Origin: Octopus bimaculoides
Taxonomy: Eukaryota
Direction of reading: 5' to 3'
Length of the DNA stretch: 43,314 nt
Assembly (NCBI RefSeq): GCF_001194135.2
Contig: NC_068985.1
Location: 84,247,579 to 84,290,892 of the forward strand
A program made the position numbers and the translations under genes. Of the stretch, positions 1-11,448 are shown piece by piece. Below the pieces are notes generated by a model, which saw nothing but the letters and a program-made list of their open reading frames with translations, searched no databases and had not been told where the DNA came from. Position 1 is the first letter of the stretch; each line of letters starts with the position of its first letter.

Positions 1-40
<40 letters not shown>

Positions 41-557
41 TTCTACATAAAACACATGCTCATGCACATATTCACATACATGTATTAAATGCAAACACAC
101 ATTCAAACATATACTTTAGCACATGATCAAACAGCGACAAGATTTTTAACAAGGTGTGTTTTTCTATTTGCTCATTAAAACTTAATGTAATTCTTGCATA
201 TTTATATAATAGTTTTATATATTGATGTATCCTCACACACATATATACATATATGTATATACACTTACTCACAGACACACACGTATATATAGATACACAT
301 AAACACACACATATACACATACATATGTATACATATATATATACATACAAATTTGAGTTATAAACACAAGGAAAAAGTGCTCAATGCCAGGAATAGAGTA
401 TAAACATTTGTTTCATGCATGTGAATGTGTACGTGTGTGTGTTTGTGTGTGTGTATCTGTCTATGCATATGAATGCATAATTTTGAGCAAATGTACTATT
501 TATGCATAGATTTACTCTTAGACATGCTAAAACATAAGCATGTACATATACATGTAT

Positions 558-596
<39 letters not shown>

Positions 597-719
597 TTAT
601 ACTTTAACACTTGATCAAACATAAACAAGATTTCTGCCTTCAGTTGTTAAAACTTGATGAATGTCTTACAGATTTGCATAAGAGTTTAATGTATGTACAT
701 ATATATATATATTTATATA

Positions 720-759
<40 letters not shown>

Positions 760-1430
760 GGGGATGAATGGATACATATATATATACACAGATACATGCA
801 TAGATACGTACATACATACATACATATATACACATACATATATATGTGTGTGTGTGTGTGTGTGTGTAAGTCCTCACATATGTGAATCTCATGCATAAAT
901 ATGCTTATCTTAATGCATAATTCCATATATTTAGTTATGTATACATACACTTTATAAAAGCTTATACCATGCTCATACATTCACAAATACCACACACACA
1001 TTCACCACATATACAAAGTTACTCACACACAAACACACTTGTGCATTCACACATGCCACATAAGAAATTGTACCACACATACGTTCTCACACAAAAACAT
1101 ATTCATATATGTGTTAATGCAGACATACCTAGCAAACAACTACACCATGTATCAATACTCATGATCAATGAACAGACAGATATACATACACACATACATA
1201 CACCCATACATACATACATTCACACACGTCACATGTACATGTTCACACCCACACACACATAGAAATAGCTACACACACTGTGTACATAATAACACTATAT
1301 ATATATATATATATATATACAATATGTTCTCACAAGTACATTTATAAACAAATATACACAATATAAATGCTTATATCTACATACATACATATGCATCCAG
1401 CATACTTATTCATACTGAGCTCACACACAA
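1..1430. repeat. (TA)n/(CA)n/(TACA)n microsatellite-rich block
   Basis: Direct inspection, e.g. (AT)n at 1-31, (CA)n at about 560-592, (TA)n at about 697-757. Confidence 0.9.
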
Positions 1431-1795
1431 ACATACTCATGCACACACATCACATAACTTATACCAGATAGACATCAAAACAATGAAAAAGAGCTTCTAC
1501 ATGGTCATTCCATCCTGCCAGAAAAGCAACTAAATCTCCCTCAAATCAAATCCTACCATCTTAACAAAAACTATACTATGCATGGGAACAAGATGGGAAT
1601 ATCATGGCTGGAATGCTTTTGATTATAGTTCGTGCTTTTGATTGTAGTTCTGTTCAGCCAATTTGACCTTAGGTCAAATGTCTACAACAGCTACATAGAG
1701 ATCTATAAAATATATACATGCTCATACATTTCATGCACTTATCGCATGTATATACATGCACATCCATACATACATACTCACATATTACCATATGC

Positions 1796-2131
1796 TGAGA
1801 CCCCCTTTGGTCATGACTGACCATGGGATTGCACCTAGAAAGTTACCCTCCCAGGCACAAGTCCGGGCAAGGTTCTTTATGGAAGACCAGCAGTCGCCCA
1901 TGCATACCGACCTCCCCTCTCCATGTCACCGGTGTAATCCAAGGGAAAGGCAAAGGCTGATATATCTTGGCACCTGTGATGTCGCAACTCATTTCTACGG
2001 CTGAATAAACTGGAGCAACATGAAATAAAGTATCTTGCTCAAGAACACAACACGCAGTCCGGTCCGGGATTCAAACTCACAACCCCACGATCGTAACCAC
2101 TGGCTCTAACCACTGAGCCATGCGCCTTCAC
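1796..2131 (-). mobile_element. tRNA-derived SINE (family E, CORE-like), full length with 12-bp TSD
   Basis: Minus strand begins GTGAAGGCGCATGGCTCAGTGGTTAG (A-box TGGCTCAGTGG), followed by the B-box-like GAGTTTGAATCCC and a CORE-like TGTTCTTGAGCAAGATACTT. Flanked by the perfect direct repeat ATTACCATATGC at 1784-1795 and 2132-2143. Confidence 0.88.
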
Positions 2132-2827
2132 ATTACCATATGCACCTACAATACTATTGTAGCACTGTCATTAGTATTTTTTCATTACTATTCCTTTAGC
2201 TTCCCACCTCTGTCCTTGTACATCTTTCTCTGTCTTCGCACCCTCCTGGCATATCTCCTAATTTTTTTTTATCTTTCTACAGGTTTGTTATATTGCTGCT
2301 CTCCACCTTTCTTGTATTGCTTCTCATCACCTCCTCCTTCCTGAGCTGTTTTTTTACTTTCTCCCCATGCTTTTATTTCCAATCAACTACACCATCACCC
2401 TCCTCTTACAACCTCTCACTCTCCTAGTAACCTGTCTACCAATCCTAATCTTATTCTCTCTTAATACATGCAAGATTTCATAGCTCTAGCTTCACTCCTT
2501 CATAGTCAGCCTATGAACTTACCTTCTTGTGCCTTGAGTATATACTCTGTCATCTCGTGACTGGCATCTTTATCTTCTTTCCAGTTACTCACACACACTC
2601 CTATATAACATGAGATTGCTATGTATCTTCTCTATAGCAAGCCTCCTGTACCTGTATCATACTTTAGATTCTCGACTTTAGATTCTCTTGGCGTAAAGTT
2701 ACCTCCCCATTTACTTCCACTCCACTCAGCCAAGGGAGTTTCTCCTTTTTTCTTTGTCTTGCTATTCATTTGGCAATCTCACTAGAGCTAGTGTCATAAG
2801 CAAAAAAAGAAAAAAGAAAAAAGCATT

Positions 2828-2987
2828 CACTATACTCTGTAGCATGGTTGGCATTAGGAAGGTCATCCAGCCATAGAAACCATGCCAAAGGAGACACTGA
2901 AGCTTGATGCAGTCTTCTGGTTCATCAGATTCTGTCAAAGTGCCTAACCCATGCCAACATGGCAACTGGACAGTAAATGATGATGAT
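2828..2987 (+). mobile_element. SINE family B 3' fragment with (GAT)n tail
   Basis: GGTTGGCATTAGGAAGGTCATCCAGCCATAGAAAC...AACCCATGCCAACATGG...GATGATGAT; homologous to the copy at 10940-11264. Confidence 0.75.
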
Positions 2988-3083
2988 ATTAAAAAAGTAT
3001 AAGCGTTAGATGAAGATTATACCATTCTTTCTCTATGCCTGTTTAGACATTGTTTCTTTGTTCATCCTCTGCAGTGGGTGTCA

Positions 3084-3264
3084 TATGAGGGTCAGCTGAA
3101 AAGTTCATAGGCTGACTATCAAGGAGTTGTGAAGTTTATAATATGCATTAATTTCAACCCTTCTTATTTATAGTTGCATTGATTCTTTCCAGGTAAACTG
3201 ATATCTGACTGTTCAAAAAAGACTTCAAATGTAGCTAGTGGTGACTTCTTTTGAAAATGGACAA
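3084..3264 (+). mobile_element. mariner transposon 5' end (TA + TIR, leader, start codon)
   Basis: TA-TGAGGGTCAGCTGAAAAGTTCATAGGCTGAC resembles a mariner terminal inverted repeat. ATGGACAA at 3257-3264 joins the transposase fragment at 4619. Confidence 0.6.
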
Positions 3265-4618
3265 CAGTAGGTCTTTACTCATTGCTGTGCTGGTAGTAAA
3301 GAATATTTGTTAATCATGCATGTACCTTCTTTTGATAGTAGACTGTTATATAGTGAAAGTCTCATTAATTACTATGGTGACAACAGTCCAGTGGTGGTTT
3401 GTAGATAAAATTAGTTGGGGTGCTGTTTCAGAAAATTTTTAGCCATTGTTTTAATATTGTGTAAAAGGTAACAAGCATAAAAAGAAAATTTATTCATAAA
3501 CTTGATCAGTTCACGTTTTAGCCACTGCCGAGTAGTGTGTTTAATTTGTTCACTGAACACCACTGCAAATTCCCATTGTTTTTCAAAAATTCCCACTAAA
3601 TCACAAAATAAAGGGTGGAAATGTGCCCTATTTTTCAATCCTGGCAGCAACACTGAAGCTGGAAACAGGATAATAATCTAATTCTACACTTTATCACATT
3701 CAAGAATATAAACATGTTTTTAAGCACAACACATGTGGAATCAAAAAGGTACACTGTCTTTCACCCAGCACTGTTGTTCATGCAGTACTCTCTCTCCCCT
3801 AATGTGAAGCTTCCTATCTCGGACATGTGAGCATGCTCACAACAGCCAAACACTGTGTTGCTGGAACTGTAAAGCACACAGTTCTATACAAGGATTTTTG
3901 TATTTTTTTCATAAACTAGAGGATGGCTACTGACATTAAACTTAAGGATAATATAATGTACAAGTGTAAAGAAAGAATTAAAGAAAAAAGGACTCCTTAT
4001 ATTGAATGTCATCGATAACATCGAGTTGGAAACAGTGGGTGCTGCAGTTCCACAGTGCCTATACACGAGCTGCTACTGCAACAGTCTACCTATCTACCTA
4101 TTTTTCACTCACACACAGTCTCTCTCTGTCTCTCTCTCCCTCCCTCGCCATATTTTTCTCTCAGCAACAAGAATGACAACTTGTTTTTTCTTGAAACAAA
4201 TTTTAATTTTATCTTTCACACTCTCAGTATCTCACTGAATTTCACTCTCAACAGCAACAACTTGTCATCATAGTGAAAGTCTCTTTTTAAGGTTTGTGCT
4301 GTGTTGTGTTTATGCTGGAAGACATTCAGAAACACATAGACACACACACATACACACACACACACACACACAAGCAACCAAAAACATAACTATCACTTTT
4401 TTGAAGTCCGTGTTGTGTTGTGTTGACAGACTTGGACTCAAAATTCCTACATTTTTAATTGTTAGTTACTACGGTGATGTTACTACCTTTCTGTCTATAT
4501 TTCACACGCTCTCTATCTCATTGTATTTTCTTCTCAACAACAACTTTTCTCCTTTCTTTCTTCCCCTCCTTCACATATTTATTGCGATGGACAGAGATCA
4601 GCTTCTCTTTCATACTGT

Positions 4619-4926
4619 AAGATTTGGCATCATTGTGTTATCAAGTACCTTAGCTCCCAAGGACACTCATGCTGACATGGTTGCTACATCAAGGGGATGA
4701 TGTTCTTGATATATCAACAGCAAAAATAGGCAGTTGAATTTAGGCGGGGAAGGGAGAGTCTTGAAGATGACCCAAGATCTAGACATCTTGTAACTGCCAC
4801 CACAAAGGAAAACATTGGTTATGTTCACCACATGCTAATGGATGACGGGTGATTGACTATAAATCAAATAGCCAATGCTATTAGCATATCCTGTGAAAGA
4901 GTTGAGAATATTCTGCACAATCAACT
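4619..4926 (+). mobile_element. mariner transposase N-terminal (HTH) pseudogene fragment
   Basis: Translates with frameshifts and stops as KIWHHCVIKYL..APKDTHADMVAT...EFRRGRESLEDDPRSRHLVTATTKENIGYVHHMLMDDG*LTINQIANAISISCERVENILHNQL. GRESLEDDPRSG is the typical mariner linker motif. Confidence 0.85.
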
Positions 4927-4929
4927 TTA

Positions 4930-5720
4930 TTTCTGACCCCTATATCTGTCGTCTATTTTTCACTATATTTCCTTTCCCTTTTCTTTTCATCTTTTTACCA
5001 CTGCCTCTGCCCACCTTTCTATTACTTCACCTCCCCTTCACAACTTCTTTCTTTGTACATCCCTCTCTTTCACTCCTTTACCTTCTCTTCTTCTCTACCT
5101 TAGTCCCTACCTCTCTCACATACCTCTTCTTTCTCTTTACATCTTCCTCTTCTCACTTTCACTATCCCTTCACCTTCTCCGCCTCACTGCTTCTGCCTCC
5201 TATTTATCCCTCCTCTTCCTTTCCTCTCACTGCTTCTTCTCTCTCTACATATCCTACTCCCCCTTCACTTTCTCTCCACTGCTACCTCTGCCCCACCCAC
5301 CCACAGTATTTCCCTCACACTACTTCTTACTGCAACAATTCCCTTTCTGCATCATTCCTCCCCATCTCTCACTAACTCATGCCCCTCTCATGCATATATA
5401 CTCCCCCTTCCCTACTACTTCTTCACCTTCCCTCCTTTGCTACCTCTGTCCATCTCACCCATATCTATATCTCTTTCACCACATCTATTTCTCTCTCACT
5501 ATTACTTACTACTACTTATGCCTCTCTACATATCCCCCCACCTCTCTCTCTCTCTATTTCCAATCCCTTCAATTTTCCATTTCTCTCTCTCACTACCTCA
5601 GCACCCTACCTCCTATTCCTACCCACAACCATGCATGATACACATGAACTAACACAGACAAGCACTTCATTGAAATGCTACTTATTTTTTTCTTTTACTT
5701 CCTTCAGCACCACACCCCAC
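4930..5720. repeat. long CT-rich polypyrimidine low-complexity tract
   Basis: About 790 bp strongly depleted of G on the plus strand; gives the spurious L/S/P-rich ORFs 4875-5750. Confidence 0.8.
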
Positions 5721-5819
5721 TCTACCCCTTTTTTTCTTATGATTGAATGATTCTAAGAAATTTGAGTATCTTAAATAAATGAATAAATAAACTAATTAAT
5801 CCATTCAATGTATGCATGA

Positions 5820-5872
<53 letters not shown>

Positions 5873-6040
5873 CACATATATATATGTATGTATAATATAT
5901 ATATATATATATACTCACACACATGTATACACACATATATATGTACATGTATATGTATGTATGTATAATATATATATATATATATATATATACTCACACA
6001 CATGTATACACACATATATATGTACATGTATATGAATATA

Positions 6041-6099
<59 letters not shown>

Positions 6100-6164
6100 G
6101 TGTATATGTGTACATTTGTATATATGTACATACATACATACACATATATTTATAAATATATACT

Positions 6165-6198
<34 letters not shown>

Positions 6199-6262
6199 CA
6201 TGTTATATATGAATATATGTGCATGTATATATAATATATATATGTGTGTGTGTGTATGCATA

Positions 6263-6317
<55 letters not shown>

Positions 6318-6407
6318 NNNNNNNNNNNNNNNNNNNNNNNNNNNNNNNNNNNNNNNNNNNNNNNNNNNNNNNNNNNNNNNNNNNNNNNNNNNNNNNNNNN
6401 NNNNNNN

Positions 6408-6460
<53 letters not shown>
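5820..6460. repeat. compound (TA)n/(CA)n/(TG)n microsatellite spanning an N gap
   Basis: Direct inspection; gap at 6318-6407. Confidence 0.95.
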
Positions 6461-6461
<1 letters not shown>

Positions 6462-6984
6462 GTTCTTTAATGAGAGTGTGTAATTTATTTTTGCGATATA
6501 TATTATTCTTCTTTTGATTCTACTTAGCATTTTTTTTTCTATTTCTTATATTTGTTGTTGTGTTGTCTTTTTTATATATATGTTTGTTGATTGTTAGGAA
6601 CATTCCATTCTAATTTCTTTATTGCTTTTAATATTTTTGGAATTAATTAGTTCTCTCCGTTACGCAGGTTCATTTAACTTGGATCAATCCAGCTAAACCG
6701 ATAATGCATATTTACAATGGTTATAATAATGTTGCTGATTTTGATGCTGATGCTTAAAGGTGTTGGGAGTTGTTATAATAGTAATAACAATATTGTTGAT
6801 GTTGATGTTGTTAGTAATTGTTAAGCCCCAGGTCAGCTCTGATGAGTAGGCCTATGATGATGATGATTATAAGGTGGAAAATGAAGATGTCCAAAGGCTT
6901 TTTAGTTGTAACTGTCTCATCTTTCTCTGTGATGCAATGCACTTAGGATGATTATGTTATCATATGTCTTCCTTTTTTAAAAGA

Positions 6985-7050
6985 GTGATTTGCGGAAGCT
7001 TTAGCTGCTGTTTCTAGCAGAGTGAGTGGCCATGTAGAGACCTTCTTATT
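6985..7050 (+). repeat. short dispersed repeat (GCTGCTATTTCTAGC family)
   Basis: AGCTTTAGCTGCTGTTTCTAGCAGAGTGAGTGGCCATGTAGAG matches GATCTGGCTGCTATTTCTAGAAGGTCAAATGGCCACGTAAGA at 41087-41128. Confidence 0.55.
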
Positions 7051-7821
7051 TACTCAGTGATATGTTGGCTGTGATGGTGGTGGTGGTGGTGGTGGTGGTG
7101 GTAGGCAGTAGGTATGGCAATATAGGTAGTATCAACTAGTGATGGTTGTAGCATTGGTAGTAGTACATTGTGGTGTTAGTGCAGGGAGATATGATTAGTT
7201 GATAAGCAATTGCAATTTCCTTAGTAGGAATACAATAGTCCAACAGATTATTTCCTATCCTATATTTGATAAGGGAAAGCTTTCCCAAAATATAATAAAA
7301 ACATTAAACATCCTATGTATGGTTGTACTTAAATATTTTTCACTTAGCCTTTCTCATGCATTGCATAAGATCTTAAATATACATTTATATTTGATATATA
7401 TACATATACATTTAATGTATGTGTGGGGTTGTGTGTGTGTGTTTAAAATGGATATAAGACGATGTTGATGATGATTACATCATTGTGAGTATGCTTGGTA
7501 CTTTGCCACCATCTATATCCTGCTATCTCCCACTCTCTCTCTATTTCCTACTCCTCCTGCACTTCCCTTAGGTTGGGTAACTATGTACCTCCTTGCAGCA
7601 GCACACCTGTTTCAGTCTTCATTCTTTTGCTCTCTCAGTCTCTCTCTATATATCTATCTATCTCTATCTGGCTGGGTAACCTTGTACCTCCTCTACAGCA
7701 AGACACCTGTTTCTGTCTCTCTGTCTCACTATAACCTTTCATCATCTGACACAAGATCACCTCCTCCAATACCCCCTCCCATCTCAATGATTTTTGTATC
7801 GCAAGTTACTTGGTGACCCTC

Positions 7822-8120
7822 TCAGTGCAGGTGTCACTTAAAAAGCATCTAGCCTACACTGTAAAGTGGTTGATGTTCAGAAGGACATCCAGCTGTAAAA
7901 ATCTTGCCAGAACTGACCTTGCCTGTGCTTGTACCATGTAAAAAGTACTAAGTCCACTCTGCTGAGTGGTTGATGTTAGGAAGTGCATCCATCTGTAAAA
8001 ATTCTGCCAAAATAGTTACAGAGGTCTGGTGCAGGCTCCTGCCTGGTCAGCTCCTGATAAACCATCTCACCTATGCCAGCATTGAAAGTGGACGTTAAAC
8101 AATGATGATGATGATGATGA
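7822..8120 (+). mobile_element. SINE family B with internal ~100-bp duplication and (GAT)n tail
   Basis: Segments 7840-7910 and 7940-8010 are homologous (GTGGTTGATGTT..GAAG..CATCCA.CTGTAAAAAT..TGCCA); ends GTGGACGTTAAACAATGATGATGATGAT. Confidence 0.75.
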
Positions 8121-8170
8121 TATATATATATATATATACATGGAAAATGAATTTAGAACAATGATAAAGA

Positions 8171-8340
8171 TCATCATCATCATCATAACATTCACTTATC
8201 CATACTTGCATGGGTCAGGCAGTTTATTGAGGCAGTTTACTGAGGCAGATTTTCTATGGCTGGATGCACTTTTTGTTGCCAACCCTCACCTGTTTCCAAG
8301 CAAGGAAATATTTCCCCATGGCAAAGTATGCTTTTGCCAA
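8171..8340 (-). mobile_element. SINE family B variant, 3' fragment
   Basis: (TCA)n tail, then the reverse complement of GGAAACAGGTGAGGGTTGGCAACA..CATCCAGCCATAGAAATCTGCCTC; related pieces at 25731-25860 and 42549-42671. Confidence 0.7.
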
Positions 8341-8358
8341 ATGTATGTAGATATATGC

Positions 8359-8390
<32 letters not shown>

Positions 8391-8500
8391 ATATATATTT
8401 NNNNNNNNNNNNNNNNNNNNNNNNNNNNNNNNNNNNNNNNNNNNNNNNNNNNNNNNNNNNNNNNNNNNNNNNNNNNNNNNNNNNNNNNNNNNNNNNNNNN

Positions 8501-8673
8501 ACACAATGGGCTTCTTTCAGTTTCTGTCTACCAAATCCATTCACAAGGCTTTTGTCAGCCCAAGACTATAGTAGAAGACTCTTGGCCAAGATGCCACACA
8601 GTAGGACTGAACCTGGAACCATGTGGTTGGGAGCCATGTGGTTGGGAACCAAGCTTTTTACCACACCGCCATA
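8501..8673 (-). mobile_element. SINE family A 5' half
   Basis: Matches 14973-15125 (GGGCTTCTTTCAGTTTC..CTACCAAAT..CACAAGGC..GGACTGAACC.GGAACCATGTGGTTGG); CCATGTGGTTGGGA is locally duplicated. Confidence 0.85.
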
Positions 8674-8890
8674 CTTATAAACTTATAACCTTGTGTTGGA
8701 TGTTGCATGGTGAAAGCAAACAGATCAATTTCTATACACCATTTCAGCTATTTACCTCATCTCTATAATTTACTCTCACTAATATTTTAGTTTTAAGTCT
8801 ATTTACTCCTAATGTTGACCTTGTCATCACACCAATCTACCAGTAATACTGTTAATATGACAAAATCAGTTGTAATATTTTTTAACCAAA

Positions 8891-9110
8891 AGGCGGCGAT
8901 CTGGCAGAAGCGTTAGCATGTGGGGTGAAATGCTTAGCAGTATTTTGTCTGTCTTTACGTTCTGAGTTCAAATTCCACTGAGGTCAACTTCGCCTTTCAT
9001 CCTTTCAGGATTCAATAATTTAAGTACCAGTTGCATAATGGGGTCAATGTAATTGCTCGCTCCCCCCCTCCTCCAAATAATTCGAGCCCTCTGCCTAGAG
9101 TAGAAAACAG
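8891..9110 (+). mobile_element. tRNA-derived SINE (family C), full length with 15-bp TSD
   Basis: Head AGGCGGCGATCTGGCAGAAGCGTTAG, B-box GAGTTCAAATTCC, body GCCTTTCATCCTTTC..TAAGTACCAG. Perfect direct repeat TATTTTTTAACCAAA at 8876-8890 and 9111-9125. Confidence 0.88.
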
Positions 9111-9157
9111 TATTTTTTAACCAAATTTGTACTAGCCACAATTATAAAAATGATATT

Positions 9158-9590
9158 AGGCATTGTGAAATAAAGAAACTCACTTCCCAACCGCATGGTC
9201 TTCAGTTCAATCTCATTCACTGTACCTTGACAAGTGTCTTATACTATTTCTACTATAGGGTCAACCAAAGCCTTGTGAGTAGGTTGGGTAAATAGAAACT
9301 GGAAGAAGCTTGGTGTGCATGTCTGTGTTCGGTCCCACTGCATGGCACCATGAACAGGTGTCATCTACTATAGCCTCAGGCTAACTAAAGCTTTGTGTGT
9401 GGATTTGGTGGATGGAAACTGAAAGAAGCCCATCGTATATATGTGTGTGTGTCTATTTGTGTGTCAGTGTTTGTCACCCCACCATCACTTGACAACCAAT
9501 GTTGGAGTCCTGGGGTCAATTTCTTCAACTAAAGGCAGTGCTCCAGCATGACTGCAGTCAAATGACTGAAACAGATAAAAGAAAAAAAAA
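9158..9590 (+). mobile_element. SINE family A, two tandem degenerate heads plus an internally deleted 3' part
   Basis: The AAAGC.TTGTG..T.G...GG..A..GAAACTG.AAGAAG block occurs twice (about 9265-9310 and 9385-9430); tail CCAGCATGACTGCAGTCAAATGACTGAAAC. Confidence 0.75.
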
Positions 9591-9869
9591 AATAGTGTCA
9601 TTGGGCATAAGTTTTTAATAGATAAGTCACTGCTTTGTTGCATTTACATTTGCTGGTGTGACAAAGGGCTGCCTGTGCAAGACAAGCAGGACAAACCCCA
9701 CAGTTTTTCAGTCTGAAAACCCCAGTTTATTGGGGTTTTCTTTTTTGTTTCTTTTTTGTTTTTTCTTAATGACAATTACATCTTTTACCAGTATATATTG
9801 GTGAAAAATATACACATATATGCATAGACTGTTTGGGATCATCTTTCATAAGTTTTATCAATCAATATA

Positions 9870-10088
9870 TAATCCTTTTCTTACAGTATTTCTATTGAAA
9901 CACACTGCTTTCATTGCGATTAATTCTGAAAATAATGAAGAATTTTGTAAAACAACTTTGCCATTATTAAACAGGTGGCAGGAACATAAATTAGTATGAA
10001 ATCTTGATGGAAGGTTTTAGTTCAGATTAGAGTATTTGTATCACAGAACTAAGAGCAGTCTGAGGTGGGTTGGTATCAAAAGGGTTAA
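9870..10088. mobile_element. piggyBac-like MITE (TTAA ends), degenerate left end
   Basis: Right end GGTATCAAAAGGGTTAA; body is the reverse complement of the copies at 22357-22622 and 41642-41872. Confidence 0.65.
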
Positions 10089-10939
10089 TTTCAAAAGGTT
10101 TCTAAGAATCGGTAAATAGATTAATGAATTTGGGAATGCTAATGTCCCAGACTAAAGGTAAAAGTGTAAGTAAAAATATGAAAAATCTTTAAATAGGATT
10201 ATCAAACTGAAGCATGGTCATGTTTTTAAAGCAGCATTTAGATTTGGTAATATAAGCAAGAAAATAAACTCTAAATATGAATNNNNNNNNNNNNNNNNNN
10301 NNNNNNNNNNNNNNNNNNNNNNNNNNNNNNNNNNNNNNNNNNNNNNNNNNNNNNNNNNNNNNNNNNNNNNNNNNNNNNNNNNNNNNNNNNNNNNNNNNNN
10401 NNNNNNNNNNNNNNNNNNNNNNNNNNNNNNNNNNNNNNNNNNNNNNNNNNNNNNNNNNNNNNNNNNNNNNNNNNNNNNNNNNNNNNNNNNNNNNNNNNNN
10501 NNNNNNNNNNNNNNNNNNNNNNNNNNNNNNNNNNNNNNNNNNNNNNNNNNNNNNNNNNNNNNNNNNNNNNNNNNNNNNNNNNNNNNNNNNNNNNNNNNNN
10601 NNNNNNNNNNNNNNNNNNNNNNNNNNNNNNNNNNNNNNNNNNNNNNNNNNNNNNNNNNNNNNNNNNNNNNNNNNNNNNNNNNNNNNNNNNNNNNNNNNNN
10701 NNNNNNNNNNNNNNNNNNNNNNNNNNNNNNNNNNNNNNNNNNNNNNNNNNNNNNNNNNNNNNNNNNNNNNNNNNNNNNNNNNNNNNNNNNNNNNNNNNNN
10801 NNNNNNNNNNNNNNNNNNNNNNNNNNNNNNNNNNNNNNNNNNNNNNNNNNNNNNNNNNNNNNNNNNNNNNNNNNNNNNNNNNNNNNNNNNNNNNNNNNNN
10901 NNNNNNNNNNNNNNNNNNNNNNNNNNNNNNNNNNNNNNN

Positions 10940-11263
10940 GTGCTGGTAGCACGTGAAAAAACATTCGAGTGAGGTCGTTGCCAGTGCCACTGGACTGGCT
11001 CCTGTGCAGGTGGCACATAAAAAACACCACTTGAGCGTGGCCGTTGCCTGTACCGCCTGACTGGCTCTCATGTTGGTGGCACATAAAAGCACCCACTACA
11101 CTCTTGGAGTGGTTGGCATTAGGAAGAGCATCCAGCTGTAGAAACTCTGCCAGATCAGATTGGTGCCTGGTGCAACTATCTGGTTTGCCAGTCCTCAGTC
11201 AAATCGGCCAACCCATGCTAGCATGGAAAGCGGACGTTAAATGACGATGATGATGATGATGAT

Positions 11264-11264
<1 letters not shown>
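10940..11264 (+). mobile_element. SINE family B, well preserved, with ~65-bp internal tandem units
   Basis: Units start at 10940, 11004 and 11070 (GTG..GGT.GCAC.T.AAAA); 3' end AACCCATGCTAGCATGGAAAGCGGACGTTAAATGACGATGATGATG; 5' end lost in the gap 10283-10939. Confidence 0.85.
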
Positions 11265-11300
<36 letters not shown>

Positions 11301-11448
11301 TTTAATTGGCACAAGCTGCAAAGTGATTCAAAGGCCAAGTTTCCTGCATTGGCACTTATTAAAATTTGATAAGAGTCAGTGGATGAAACTCTTGTCCCTG
11401 AATAACTTTGTGACTTCTGTTTATTAGGGATAGTGTTATTAGGTGCTT

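Noticed and set aside
3411-3653. 80-aa non-repetitive minus-strand ORF
   Set aside because: Starts at TTG, lies within the putative nested insertion, and has no recognisable motif.
3826-3841. Perfect 16-bp palindrome TGTGAGCATGCTCACA
   Set aside because: About one palindrome of this size is expected by chance in a window this long; no supporting context.
9715-9770. 10-bp stem hairpin (GAAAACCCCA/TGGGGTTTTC) followed by a T-rich run, like an intrinsic terminator
   Set aside because: Eukaryotic context with no upstream gene; such short hairpins arise by chance in homopolymer-rich DNA.
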